Below, in pieces: positions 37,768 to 52,009 of a DNA stretch of 64,000 bases. Under the pieces are notes generated by a model. It did not search any database. It was given only the letters and a program-made list of their open reading frames with translations, and was not told where the DNA came from. The stretch spans positions 5,394,001-5,458,000 of the forward strand of contig OZ024753.1 in NCBI GenBank assembly GCA_964016885.1, in the 5' to 3' direction. This DNA is from Eledone cirrhosa (lineage: Eukaryota). Within the stretch, counting starts at the first letter, position 1. Each line of letters starts with the position of its first letter. The position numbers and the translations under genes were made by a program.

Positions 37768-39238
37768 AAGAGCTCAGGATTCCTTTTCCTTTGAGCACAT
37801 TATTGACAGGGAATAACAAGAGTCAATGGCTCTGTTAATTTATCGTGATATCATCATCATCATCATCATTTTACGTCTGCTTTTCCCTGCTTGCAAGGGT
37901 GGGACGGGTCTTATTCAGCACAGCATCTCTCCACTCTATATATATACGTATATCTCTCCAGTATATATATATACTTATGTGTGTGTGTGTGTGTGTATAT
38001 ATATAATCATCGTTTAACAGCTCATTTTCCACACTTGCATGGGTTAGACAGGTCGTCCACATTATGGGGCAAGTCTGGCCAGTTGGCCCGCACCATACCT
38101 TGCTCAAACAGAACGGTACTTTGGTTGGGGCTTTTGACATCAAACACTTTACAATATTATGTATATGTAGAAACCAAGCCAAAATCAGTTCTGTGTGAGC
38201 AAGACATGGCCACCTGAGCTAGCATTGCCCACAACAGGACAACTTGTCTAACCCATGCTAGCATAGAAAATGGATGTAAAACGGTGATGATGATGTACAT
38301 ACATATTTCATACTATCTCAATTTGCTCACATTTGACAGCAGTTTGGCTAGTAACACACAGTTGGCAGGAGATTATTTGTTTTGAAATAAATAAATAAAA
38401 CCTAAACATACTTAACAAAAATATATTTATTGGTATGTCACTTGGTATCTAACATTGTGACTTCTGTTTACATATTTCTTATGAAATACTTTGTATAAAG
38501 TAGTAGTATGTTATTTTAAGCAAAACATGCTAAAGATATTGGAATAAATTGAAAGCAACGTGTTATAACAGGTGACACACCAACATATTCATTGCCTTCA
38601 ATTTATTCCAATATCTACCATCCATTTTGCATTGTTGTAGCCTTTGACTAACATACTACTTTATATACTAACACAATGCTTCAAGCAAACTACAATACTC
38701 GATGGCCATGTATATTTTACACAGCTACAGGTGCTGTGCTGCTCCCCCCCCCCCATCCCAGTAAAATGACTATATTTTTAAACAAACATTTATTAACAAT
38801 ACATATCTGAATGATTGACAAATGCTACATCAATAAACTAAAATCTCCATCTAGCTTTGAAGATATGAAATGTCAGAAAAGATTTCAAACATGTTAGGAC
38901 AATATATCTTGTCCATGGCACTGGAATGCATACAGGTTAGGACAAGTTATCTCATCTATGGCACTGAAGATGCTAAGATAGTATTTGTAACATGTTCTTA
39001 TACAAAATTGTTTGAAAGTTTTTAATTTACGTAATCTAATCTCTAATCTGGCCGAGTTTACACTTGCAAATAAGAAGAACCAGGGCCACCCCTAGGAGCA
39101 TTGGATTTGGTATACTTTATATTTGTTTTGGTTGCTGAATACAATCAAGGGTCGTTGCTTCTCCTGGAGGTCAATAGTTCTCTTCTAATTCAAACGGGAG
39201 TGCCTTTCCATTGTCAATTTGCTTTGATCATCTGCAAA

Positions 39239-39365
39239 GCCTCATTGTTCTCAGAACCACTACACCAGTCTTTCGATGTGTGCCTCATTGTTCTCAGAAC
39301 CACTACACCAGTCTTTCGATGTGTGCCTCATTGTTCTCAGAACCACTACACCAATCTTTCAATGC
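39239..39365. repeat. Three tandem 43-bp repeats
   Basis: GCCTCATTGTTCTCAGAACCACTACACCAGTCTTTCGATGTGT repeated three times. Confidence 0.9.
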
Positions 39366-41410
39366 GTGCAGCTGGAACTACTGCCACCCATTGATTTGGC
39401 AGGATTGCAACAAATTTAAGTCGGAACCTTTTAAAATGGGTGGTTTTGTTACACAGAAACAGAAGTGTGTTTGAACAAGTTGATAAAAGAGCTTAACAAT
39501 GTGGATTTATAGAATTACATCTACCAGGCAAAAGATTTTCTGGATATTTAGAAAGCCTAGCTTAAAGGCATGTAAATCTGTTACAAGTATTTTGGCCAAG
39601 TCTAGCAATTTAACACCATTGACTGGTCTTTGGGTGGCACTAGCAGAGTCCATTCTATTACAGGTATGGCTAGGTCTCCACTATTGACTGGTCCTTGGGT
39701 GGCTTTAGCAGAGTCTACTCTATTTCAAGCACTCAAGCCAGGTGTTCAGTTCCAGGACAACTTCCTACAACCAGGCAGAGTTGGCCATGACTGGATTTGA
39801 ACTCAAAGCATAGAGAGCCATCAGAAGAATTACTGCAAAGCATTCTATCTATCTCTTAACAACTCTGCCAATTTGAAGCTTATTGTACACATACACATAC
39901 ACATTAATGTGTATACACACATGCATGCACAGACAATGTAAAAAGATCTTTTTTAATACCAAACCACATGAAACTGCCCTTTGTTCTATGATACAAAGCT
40001 GAATATTTTAAAGTTTTTGTATTTGTTATAGTCTGATGAATGGAAGTATTCATTTCAGCCCTCTGCTCTTGGAGTTCAAATCATGCCGAGATCAACTTTG
40101 CCTTTCAGCCATTCGAGGTAGATATAAAATGTACCAGTGAAGTAATGGTATTGATTCTTCCTCTCTATCTCTTTCTCACTTTCATTCTCACAATCTCTAT
40201 CCTTCTCTGGAAGAAATCTGCTGTATTCAGACCTGGAGAGGAGATGGGCTCTACAGGTTTAACCCTTTAGCAGAATTTTCTCACCTCTTTCTGTTCAAAC
40301 CTGCCGTATCTGGCAACTCATACTGATGTTAAGGTATTGTTCCCAAAATAAATATCAAAATCTCAGATTCAATATTATGTGAGATAATTATGTCAGATAA
40401 AGCCTTCACCATAAAAATACAATAGTAAATAAAGAGTAATGTAAAAGCTAAAGGGTAAAAAATACCCTAAAAATGCTGTCACAGGTTAATGCCGCACCAC
40501 CTACAACTCACTCAGGGTTCATACATACATATTTGACTACTAAAAGCAGTAATTGTAGTGGGTTATTCATAGATAAGTTTCGGTACCCACACACAAACAT
40601 ATTTGCAAATAACAATTCTATTTCTGATTTTGAAGATATACCACTCCACCCACACACACAAACGCATCTATCTTACCCCCCACCCTCTCCCCGTCCAAGT
40701 ACACACACAGATGTATACCTAGCAATGTTTTTCTTTAGTTTGATTGTGTGTTTTTTGCCATCCCCCCACTCCCATCATAGAATGTGTCATCAGAAACATT
40801 TATCTGGCCTTCAATAGAGAGAGACAGAGGGAGAGACAGCCCCAATACGAAGTTAGGACAAACAGAAATATGATTAAAAAAGATTGAGGAGAAAAGGACA
40901 GTGAGAGGGAGAGAAAGAGAGAGTCAGCCCCAATGCATACATCACACTCTAAAAAAAATGAGATAGAGAGAACTCCAGCCAGCCCCAATACATAAGTACA
41001 CAGGTATGATCAAAACTAAAACTATAATGAGAAGTGTGAGGGGAAGAGGTGGGGGAGGTGAACAGTTATTTGAATGTAAAATTAAGTTAATAGTTCTGAG
41101 AAACACAACACGTAACATCTGGTCTAGATGGATGGCAAGGATATATTAAAATAAATATAATATATATATATATATATACTGCATTGTTTGTAAAATTGTA
41201 ATACTGAATTTTGCTTTTAAGTCTTTAATATTTTGGGAGATTACTAGGGTTAGAGGTAGGGTGTGTGTGTGTGTGTTTGTTTGTATATATATATATATAA
41301 TATATTGAGAGAGAGAGAGAGAGATACATAAAATCCAGACTGTGGCGCCAGGCGCCAATGTATCGAGTACTCACATTATTAGTGGTTTCCTCAGTCTCAG
41401 CACCAGAGAC

Positions 41411-41447
<37 letters not shown>

Positions 41448-43118
41448 AGACACACACATCATCATCATTTTACGTCCGCTCTTCTCTGCTTGCAAGGGTG
41501 GGACATGTGCTGATAAGCGTTTTGGCATTGATACACTGGTTGGATGCCCTTCCTAACACACATCATCATCATCATCTTCGTTTAACGTCCATTTTCCACG
41601 CTAGCATGGGTTATATATATATATAAACTGACCATGCCCAATTGCACCTCTCAAAGGCAATGACACAGGATCGAGATCTCTGGCGTTACGCAGAAATACA
41701 GAAGACCCGACTTCCCACGGACACAGGCCGAAGATGAAGTATATGTATAATATGCACCACCTCACCTCACCCACTCTCATACATACATCCAGTGAAGCCT
41801 CCAGCCCACACTGTAAAGTGGTCCTCTTGGTGTCACTGCAAAAACGCAGAGCCCACACTGAAAAGTGGTCGTGATGGCAACACGACAAAAAACACCCAGC
41901 CCACACTATAAAGTATTCATGTAGGTGCCACAGCAAAAAGCACCCAGCCCACACTGTGAAGTGGTCATATAGGAGTCACGACAAAAAGCACCCAGTACTC
42001 ACTATAAATGAGGTTGGCGCTAGGAAGGACATCTAGCTGTAGAAACCACACCAAAATCGGTTCTGTATGAACATGACATGGTCACCTGACCTTGCTCATA
42101 ACAGGATAACTCGTCTAACACATGCCGGCATAGAAAATTGCATGTTAAATGGTGATGATGATGATGACATATACATATATTAAATAAAATTTACAGCTCA
42201 CACCTATGTAGGTTTAACTAGTTTCATAAGAGGCAGAATTTAAGGTCAAAGTTAAACTTGCAAAGCATTTAGATATTTAGTTTCAACACTCAATTCAAAT
42301 CCAACAAGAATCCAGACTGCATTTGCTTACTGAGAGGGATGCTATCTACAGGTCGTAACTCCTAGCAGAGGGAGCACCGTGAAATAAAGTGTCTTGTTTA
42401 AGGACATAATGAATCACCCAGACCGGGAATCGAACTCGCAATCATGAGATTGCGAGCTCGATTCTCTCAACACTAAGCCACGTACCTTCATACTATGCTA
42501 TATACTAACTTTGTCCAATCATGGTAGGGAGCATGTTGTTGTTGTTATTTTTTTTTTGAAAGTCAAAGTGGGGTTTAAGAAAAAGAAAAAAAAAGGAGCA
42601 AAACTGATCAAGAGAAATGAGTCTTGATCATGTGGTGTATCTAATGTGTTAAAAAAAATCTTTCATCAAGTAAGCAGCCAAATCTTGCTCAAATCATACA
42701 TAATGATAGAATTAGGGGCCCTACCTATCATTAAACCAATAAAGAAAACAGTCAAATCTCCCTCAAGTTATACATACATAATGATAGAATTAGTGGCCCC
42801 AATCATGCTAAAGCATTTACACATCTCTATTTACTATTGTATTTTCATGGTAAAGGTTTTATCGTACATAATTATCTCACATAATATCGAATTTTGATAT
42901 TTATTTTCAGAACAATACCCTAATGTTGGTATGAGTAGACAGTTACGGTTGGTTTGAACAGAAAGAGGTGAGAGAATTCTGGCCAGATACTGCTGGTTTA
43001 AATGCTAAAGGGTTAAACCAAACAAGAAAGCTTCTATGAACTGCAACTTCATAGGAGCCTAGCTAAACCTGCATAGGTGTGTGAACTGTAAATTAAATAA
43101 TTTCTTTCAATTCATACA

Positions 43119-43317
43119 TACAAGGGTCAACTGAAAAGTTCATAGGATGACTATGAAGGAGTGATGCTAGAGCTGTGAAATCTTGCATGCATTAATTATG
43201 ATTCTTCTTAATAACTGCCTTGTTTCTTTCCAGGGACTATGTTGAAAAATAAACCTTATTTGGCCATTCCATGAGAGTATCTTGGTCAGCCTATGAATTT
43301 TTCAACTGACTCTTGTA
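43119..43317. mobile_element. Tc1/mariner-type MITE (TA target site, ~28-bp TIR)
   Basis: TA-CAAGGGTCAACTGAAAAGTTCATAGG ... CCTATGAATTTTTCAACTGACTCTTG-TA; related pieces at about 12115-12200 and 17962-18100. Confidence 0.75.
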
Positions 43318-44394
43318 CATACAAAATGAGAAAATATACACAGGACACCCTAGTGCTATATACACTTGTATTCCTCCAGCTAGCATAAAATTATATTCCA
43401 ATGTTTAAATTATTGAGAGGGAGGGAGAATATAGTGACAGCTGGAACACCTTTTGATCATAGATAGGTCAGCTGAGTTAGAGCTGACCTTTAGCTAAGCC
43501 ACAACAACAACATATATACAGAGTATATACAGCTAAACAAACTATAACTTAACCCTTTAACATTTAAACCACTGGTATCCAGCCAGAATTCTCTCACCTC
43601 TTTCTGTTCAATCCAGTCATAACCAACTGCTCATACAGATGTTAAGGTATTGTTCTCAAAGTAAATAATATCAAAATCTCATAGATTCAGTATTATGTGA
43701 GACATACAATAGTATATATAGAGTAATGTAAATGCTAAAGGGTTAAGGTGACCTAAAATATGCAGGTGATCTGAAATGATAATTAAAAAAACATATTCAA
43801 TTGTTGTGAACCCTTCTGGTATGAAATACAAACGTACCCACATACAAGGTGGTGCAGCAATCAAGCCAGGAAATTTCCAACACACTTTCGTGTATATATA
43901 TATAGTAGTGTAGGTGATTCAGTGAATTACTGATGTTGGTACCAAAGCAAGTACTCTATGCACAGGCAGAGTGTGTGTGTGTGTGTGTGTGTGTATTAAT
44001 AAGGAGGCCTTCATTCAATAATAATAATAATAATTGTTTCTACTTTAGGTGCAAGGCCAGCAATAAGGGAAAGTTGATGAAATTGACTCCAGTGCATTAC
44101 TGGTACTTTATATTATCAACCCCGTAAGGATGAAAGGCAAAGTTAACCTCAGTGGGATTTTAACTCAGAACGCAAAGGGCCGTAACTCTGTGCTGCAAAG
44201 CATGGTGTCCGGCACTCTACCAATACTGCCAATCCGTCCGCTCTTCATAATAGTAATTTCTTTATTGGCCACTATGGCCTGCATATAGGGGGTCAATGGT
44301 GGGGTTACAATAAAATCAAGTGAAAACATTAACAATAAAACTACAACAACAATAATAATAATGATAATAAAAATAATAATAATGAAAGTCTTAC

Positions 44395-44421
44395 TGTGGA
44401 AGCATCTTTACTGTTTAACAT
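44395..44421 (-). CDS. SLC35A4: SLC35A4-like transporter, tentative first coding exon (MLNSKDAST)
   Basis: ATG at 44421 and a GTAAGA donor in phase 0, matching the phase-0 acceptor at 35476; gives a 334-aa protein. No homology support in this short segment. Confidence 0.45.
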
Positions 44422-45369
44422 GATAGGAACAGGAATAAGAAAAGATAAAGTCTCATTGCTTAAGATCTTACAGGGTTTATGTTTCAGAACACTACACACA
44501 CACACACACACACATATATGAATACATATATATATGTGTGTGTGTGTGTATGTTGGTGGATTTGGGGTAGGAGAAGAAATAAAGAGAATGAGTGGAGAGT
44601 AGTAGGAGAGACAGAGAGAAAGAAAGTTTTTGAATGTGACAGGAATAGAGAGAGAGGGAGTCTTGGAATATGACGGAGGGGGGGGGGGGGGGGAAGAGGA
44701 AGTCTTGGAATATGATAAGAAGAGAGAGAGAGAGAGAGAGTCTTGAAGTGTGACAGGAAGAGAGAAACATAGGAAGGATTAGGAGAAGAAAGAAAGAGAG
44801 AAAGTGTTGGGGTGTGAGAGCTAGACAAAGCAGAGTGAAAAAAGAAAATAGTAAAAATGACCAAGAGAGTGAGGGGGGGGAGACAAGTGTAGTTGTGTAA
44901 CTGTGTGTGTGTATATATACCCAGACACATAAAAATGTGTGGTTGTGCATGTGTACATATATATATATAGCGTGGAAGATGGCCTTTAAACGATGATGAT
45001 GATGATATATATTGTGTGTATATATAAGTGTGTGTGTGTAGAGAGAGAGAGAGCCTGCAGGAAAGGAGGAGGGTGACAAGAACATAGAAAACTAAATGTG
45101 TGTGAAAGAGGGTGAGTGTGAGTGAGAAATGAAAACTTAAAGGAGAGGGGGAATAAAGAGAGAGGTATGAGGGAGAAGAAAGAGGGGAAGGAAAGACGAG
45201 AAGACAGAAAGAAAAGAGACAGGTGGTATTTATTCCTCATCTTTGTGTTTTGAGTTCAAATCCCATCAAGATCAACTTTTCTTTCATCAATTCGACGTCA
45301 ATAAAAAAAAATAGTACCAGTCCAGAACAAGAGTTGATTCTTCTTCTCAATAGCTCTTCCCCCCCCCCC

Positions 45370-45650
45370 CACAGACACTCCATGAAGAACCGTAGATTGG
45401 AGAACTCTACGACGCTCGCCTATAAAATCTGGCAGCTTAAAAACAAAAACCTAGACTATAAGATTAGCTGGTCAAAATTATCGGGAGCCAGAGCCTACAG
45501 CAACGGAATGTCCCACTGCGGACTTTGTAATTTAGAACTACTCCATATTTTAAGGTACAATGGGATGCTGCTTAACAGCAAAATAGAAATATCAATTTTT
45601 CTGTAGGCATAAAATAGCTACCAGATTCACAAACTTCAAACCACTATGAT
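45370..45650 (+). mobile_element. Penelope-like GIY-YIG endonuclease C-terminal fragment
   Basis: NSTTLAYKIWQLK...YKISWS...AYSNG..CGLCNLE..IL....LLNSKIE, then CRH after a frameshift: typical PLE endonuclease tail. Confidence 0.75.
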
Positions 45651-46665
45651 TTGAACCAGCAATCCCAAAATTAGAACTGAACCACCTAGATTTTAGCATA
45701 TAGAATACTACACACCATCGCACTGCTATTAGCTGTTAAACGGCCAACTGGTCAATGGATCATAATTCTCTGAACATCTCTTACCCAAATTGCAAAGCCA
45801 AGCCAAGCCATTGTCCCACATGCCATCCTAAAAACCCGAAAAAACTCATTAACCAGTTGGAAATGAGTAACTAATGACATTATTGTTCACATAATACAAT
45901 ATAAAATATATAACATTAAATAAGTTTCAATAGGCAGAACAAAAAGAAAGAAAAAAATAATTATAAACATGCAAAAGTCAAACTTGTTAAATCCTCCTGT
46001 TACAAACACTTAAATGCCACTGAGAACGCCGAGATTTAAATTGTCAATTTATTACTAGCCAATAATTGTTTCTATTTTAGGCACAAGGCCAGCAATTACT
46101 CAGTACATTACTGGTACTTTATTTTATCGACCCCGTAAGGATGAAAGGCAAAGTTAACCTCGGCAGGATTTGAACTCAGATCGTAAAGGGACGTAACTAT
46201 GCTAGAAAGCATGTCCGACCCTCTACCGTTACTGCCAATTCACCGCTCTTACTAACCCATTACTAGCCAATATTATAGACTTATTAACTTGGTAGACAAC
46301 CACAAATTAGTTGGAGAAAGAGGATGGGTTTTAAGTAATTGAATCAAATCTAGAACAGAGTTAATTCTTTTTGTTAGCAAACTTCTAAGAAAATACATTG
46401 CATATGGTTTTCTATTAATTTTGAATATAATTGTTTCTGATTCAAGCACAAGGCCAACAATTCTGGGGGAAGGGAAAATCGATTAAATCGACTCCAGTGT
46501 GTTACTAGTACGTTATTTTATCGACCCCCTGTAATGAAAGGCAATGCTAACCTCGTCAGATTTGAACTCAGAACATAAAGGGCTGTAACTATAATTTTGA
46601 AAATAAAATAAATTCTGTAATATAAGTTATATTTTTTATCCTTAAACTGGTATTTGAAACAGTAT

Positions 46666-46895
46666 TTAACCCTTTAGCATTTAAACTGGCCATATCTGGC
46701 CAGAATTCTATCACCTCTTTCATTTCAAACCAGCTGTAACTGGCCACTCATACTTATGTTACGGTATTGTTCTCAAAATAAATAATATCGAAATCTTTTA
46801 AAATCGATATTATGTGGGATAATTATGTGAGGCAAAGCCTTTAACTGTGAAAATATTATAGTAAATATAGAGTATTGTAAATGCTAAAGGGTTAA
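46666..46895. mobile_element. piggyBac-type MITE (TTAA target site, CCCTTTAGCATTT terminal inverted repeats); at least 12 related copies, e.g. 34965-35193, 43549-43746, 48782-48997, about 15561-15743, 40259-40458, 55429-55645, 58035-58240, tandem 62742-63154
   Basis: TTAA-CCCTTTAGCATTT...AAATGCTAAAGGG-TTAA read directly; conserved interior; no ORF. Confidence 0.85.
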
Positions 46896-49452
46896 CAAAA
46901 ATTTCTTACAAAAACTATGGAAGGTTTAAATTTAAATATGAACACTAACTCTTTCATGACCACATCAAATCTGTATCAATTAATTTGGGAATAATCAAGA
47001 AAATAACTTTTTCATTAGGTTGGTGCCAAGAGCATAACACAGTTCTTGTGAAAGGTTTAATTTAGATACAAACACTTTAAAAGGAGCTGTTTAATCATGG
47101 AAACAGAGGTAGTTCCAGTCAGATTAATATTAAAAGTGTTACATTATACAGCTTTGGATCACAAAACCAGAGCTGGTTCCAGTCAGATTAATATTAAAGT
47201 GCTACATTGTACAGCTTTGGATCACAGAACAAGAACGGTTTGAACAGAAAGAAGTGAGAGAATACTGGCTGGATACAGCCAGTTTAAATGCTAAAGGGTT
47301 AAGCTAAGTTCCAAACATTAGCTAAATAATGAGAAAATTAGCTATATTACTAAATCCCTCCAAACTGTACATTATTTTTTGAGAACAACACCTTAACATT
47401 GGTAAGAGTGGCCAGTTATGGCTGGTTTGAACAGATAGAGGTAAGAGAATTCTGGCCAGATACAGGACCATGGGGCCAGTTTATGATTTAAATGCTAAAG
47501 GGTTAAAATTTGTCAGAAAGCTATATGATTGATTATAAGTAATCGATGAAAGACTAAGTTGACCTGAATTGAATTTGACTGAGAAACTATTCATTAATAA
47601 CAATATTGAACCAATGGGATAGTGGTTTCAACAACTTGAAATAAAACATACATGGTCACAGTTGGAACAATACCTTTAACTCATCCGCTAGCTCCAGCTG
47701 GGAGGGGAAGCCATGCTTTAAGACCTCATTGAGAGCAGCATGACAGGAAAGTGGGTGAAGACAGAAAGAGTCTACTGTGGATCCCCAAAACAGAGATGTA
47801 TGTAGTTCATATTTTAAAGATGATAGTTTGGTTGAAGACAAAGCCAAGAGACAACAGTGGTCTCATTCTCTGTCTGTCTGTCAGTCTATCTCTGGTACAA
47901 GTTACTTATTTTAACCCTTTTGGGAGCAACTGGCTTGAAACTACCCCTGCTTTTATGATAGGATCTGCTCCTTTTAAAATGCATACTTATATTAAATCCT
48001 TTCACATTTTATGTAAGAACTTTTTGTTAAGTAATGCTCCAAACACCAGATTCAAAATTAAAAAGCTAATTATTTTATTAAATTCCTTCCAAATCTTGAT
48101 TATTTTTACAAAATTAATAGAAACATATTAGCAGTGTATTTCATTAAAATTTTGGTAACAAAAGATTTAATGGATTGTATGGGGAGGAGTTATGTTCTCT
48201 AAATAGCTCAAGCAGTACAATACCTAGCTGCTGTATTTAGCATATAAGGTATGCTGTATTTAGCATATACATGTATGTCCACTTTCCCTTAGTGGTAGCT
48301 TTGAAAGGAAACAAATTTCAACAGCAACAAGGTAAGTAGCTAGCTGGCCAGTAAACTAGTAATTAAAAAAAACTAGCCAGCTAGCTTATTGTTGTTACTG
48401 TTGCTATTACAGCAGTAACAACAATATATATTGGGAGTTTGATTTTTTTTGGCATATTTTCATTTTGTTTGTTTTTTCATTGTTATTGATTTTATCCATG
48501 GCCAGGGATGTTTTATGCAAAAATATAAAATGAAATAAAATAAAATCTATGTCCATGAGAAATCAGCAGGCTTTTTAAAAATCCTGTAAATAAAAAAAAC
48601 CTGCATTGACAGGTAGAGGGGAATTAAATAAACTTTTTTCTTATCAGCAAATAGAATACAATTTCTATTTTTTAAATTAACTTCTCTTCCACCTTTGTTA
48701 TCACTTAAATACTTTCTTGTGGAGAGTAGTTATGCTTAAATCTACTATAAACTAGGTGTGTATATATATCATCATCATTGTTTAATCCTTTAATATTTAA
48801 ACTAGCCATATCCAGCCAGAATTCTCTCACCTCTCTCTGTTCAAACTGGCCGTAACCAGCCACTCATACCAACATTAAGGTATTGTTCTCAAAATAAATA
48901 ATATCAAAATCTCATAAATTTGATATTATATGAGATAAAGTGTTTACCATGAAAATACAATAGTAAATATAGGGTAATGTAAATGCTAAAGGGTTAAATC
49001 CACTATAAACCAGTGTGAGTGTATACATATCATCATCATTATTTAATGCCCATTTTTCCACACTTGCATGGGTTGGACAGGTTGTCACTTTATGAGACAC
49101 CAGCATGCTCATACATTTTTTATGGGTTTCTACAGCTGGATGCCCCTTCTTAATGGCAACCACGTTACAGTGTGGACTGGGTGCTTTTTGTCATGTCATG
49201 AGCATGACCACCTTATAGGGTGGACTGGGTGCTTTTTCTCGTGTCACCAGCATGACTACCTTACAGGATGGACTGGGTGCATTTGTTGTGGCACCAAATC
49301 ATATATCATATAACACGCACACATATATAATATTAAAAATAGAAATGGAAGGAAATCAATATTGTATATACTCTACTATGTATTGAGTACTTTACTTACT
49401 GTGGTTACCCTGAATTGAACCTGGGATACACACATATATATATGTGTATATA

Positions 49453-49518
<66 letters not shown>

Positions 49519-49657
49519 TGTGTGTGTGTGTGTATATAGATAATTTGGAGAATCCATTGAGGTAAGTTCAAGTTTATTATTATTATTATTCGTATCTCCA
49601 AGAATTTTCGGTTTGCATGAGATTTGTACATATATATATATATATGTAGGTATGTGA

Positions 49658-52009
49658 CATCATCATCATCATCATTTTACGTCCGCTTTTCCCTGCTTGC
49701 AAGGGTGGAACGGGTCTTATTCAGCACAGCATCTCTCCACTCGTCACGGTCCCTCGTCATCTCCACCGTGAGCTTCAATGATCTGAGGTCTGTTCTCACC
49801 ACCTCCGCCCATGTTTTCCGTGGTCTACCTCTACCATGTCTTCCTTCAACTGGCAATTCCTGGCACTTCTTCACCCATCGGTCATCCTCCATGCGCATCA
49901 CATGTCCATACCACCTCAGTCTCCTCTCCCGTACACTACATTCTATCCCTCTCAGACACAGTTTCTCTCTCAACACATTTATGCTGGGTCGTTCACGCAC
50001 ATTTACACTGCACATCCAACGGAGCATGCTTGCCTCATTTCTCTCCAGCCGTCGCATATCCTCTGCAGTTGCTGCCCATGTCTCACTACCATGCAGCATC
50101 GCGCTCCTCACACAGGCATCATACAACCGGCCTTTCGTATGCAGGGAGAAACCCTTCTTCGTCAACAGAGGAAGCAGCTCCCTAAACTTCTTCCAACCCG
50201 TCCTTATTCTAGATACTATGGCCTCGGAACACCCTCCTCCCATGCTAATCTGATCTCCTAGGTACCGGAAGCTATCCACCACTTCTATAGCGCCCTCTTG
50301 CATTTGAAAAATGTGTCTATCAGTGCGACTTCTACTGTCTAATTTCCCTGTACATCTACTGCATACATATTTCTCCCTACTTGTTAGTTTGCCTGCTATC
50401 CCGCTACATCTCTTGTGTACCCAGGATCTGCATTGTGTGCATTTTATAGAATTTATGCCAGTTCCTTTTCTGCATATCGAACATGGCCATTTCCCTGACG
50501 GAATCAGGGTTTTGTCCTCTTTTCTACTCATCAACACTTTTGTCTTAGCTAGATTCACTCTCAGTCCTCTTGCTTCCAACTGCTGTTTCCATAGCCAGAA
50601 TTTATTCTCTAGCTCCTCTACTGATTCTGCTATAAGAACCAGATCGTCAACGCAGAGAAGTTCCCATGGACAGCCAGTCTTAAACTCCTCTGTTATGGCT
50701 TGGAGGACTATAATGAACAAGAGCGGACTGAGGACCGAACCCTGATGTACTCCTACTTGTATCTGGAATTCCTCACTAAACTCCATTCCTACCCTGACTT
50801 TACTGAGAGTACCTCTGTACAAAGTTTGCACTGTCCTCACAAGCTATTCCTCAACACCTAGCTTCCTTAGGGACCACCAGATGACAGATTGGGGTACCCT
50901 ATCAAAGGCCTTCTCTAGGTCAACAAAGGCTAAGTATAGTGGCTTATTCTTCTCTAAGAACCTCTCTTGCAATTGTCTCACCAAGAAGAGGGCATCTGTT
51001 GTACTCTTCCCAGGCACAAAACCAAACTGCATCTCATCTAGTTTGACCCTTTCTCTAATTAGTTGTGCTAAAATCCTTTCTGCCACTTTCATAACCTGAT
51101 CTATCAGTTTTATACTCCTATAATTGCTCCTCTCCAAAGCATCCCCTTTACCTTTGTAGCAATTTATGAAAATACTGCTGCACCAGTCTTTGGGTATGAC
51201 ACCACCATATATAGCCTGATTGATGATGCGTGCAACCAGTTTAGTGCCTACGTCCCCTGATGCCTTCAGCATCTCAGCAACTATTCCCGATGGTCCGGCA
51301 GCCTTACCACTTTTCATTTCCCTAATCGCCTCTTGGACCCTATATTCGTCAATCTCAATATCTGGTCCCTCTGTCGGATCCACCAAGGGTAATTTCTCTC
51401 TCTCCCATTCGTTCTCCACATTCATCAGTCTCTCATAATGACATTTCCAGGCCTCCTTTTTCTGATCATTCATGACACTAAGTACACCGGCATCATCCCG
51501 GACACATTTATCTCCAACAACATCCTGATTTGCATTGACACACTGCCTTGCAGAACATTGGCAAACCTCCGACTCTCAGCCTCCCTGCGTGCTAAGTACA
51601 CCTGACGTCTAGCTTCTCTCTTAGTGGCTGTATATTCTTCCCTACTCCCACCCTTTTTCCAAGCCTTCCATGCTAGTCTTTTGTCTCTAATAGCCTTATC
51701 TACTGTGCTGTTCCACCACCAGGTCACTGTCTGGTTGGAGCTCTGCTCCAGCCACAGGTTTCATCAGTAGCCTGCAGCAAGTTGTCACGTAAGAAATTCC
51801 AGTTATTATCTATGTCATACGTCTCTAAATCGTCTTCTTTTTCGTCATATACATCTTGAAGGGCTTTCCTAAATTTGTATTTTAGTGAAAGGTCTTTTAG
51901 CTTCCAGACCTTTCTTCTCCACACCTTCCTATATGTCTCATTCCATCTCTTGCTTACTGAGATATCACTAACAACTAACCTATGCTGTGGGGTACATTCT
52001 TCCCCAGGG
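49658..52009 (-). mobile_element. RTE LINE, 5'-truncated within the endonuclease C-terminus, with several disablements
   Basis: ORFs 49677-50840, 50844-51473, 51470-51727 and 51724-51924 carry RT motifs; (GAT)n 3' tail at 49658-49675. Confidence 0.93.

Noticed and set aside
49624-50745. + strand ORFs of 124-209 aa
   Set aside because: Antisense shadows of the RTE reverse transcriptase ORF.
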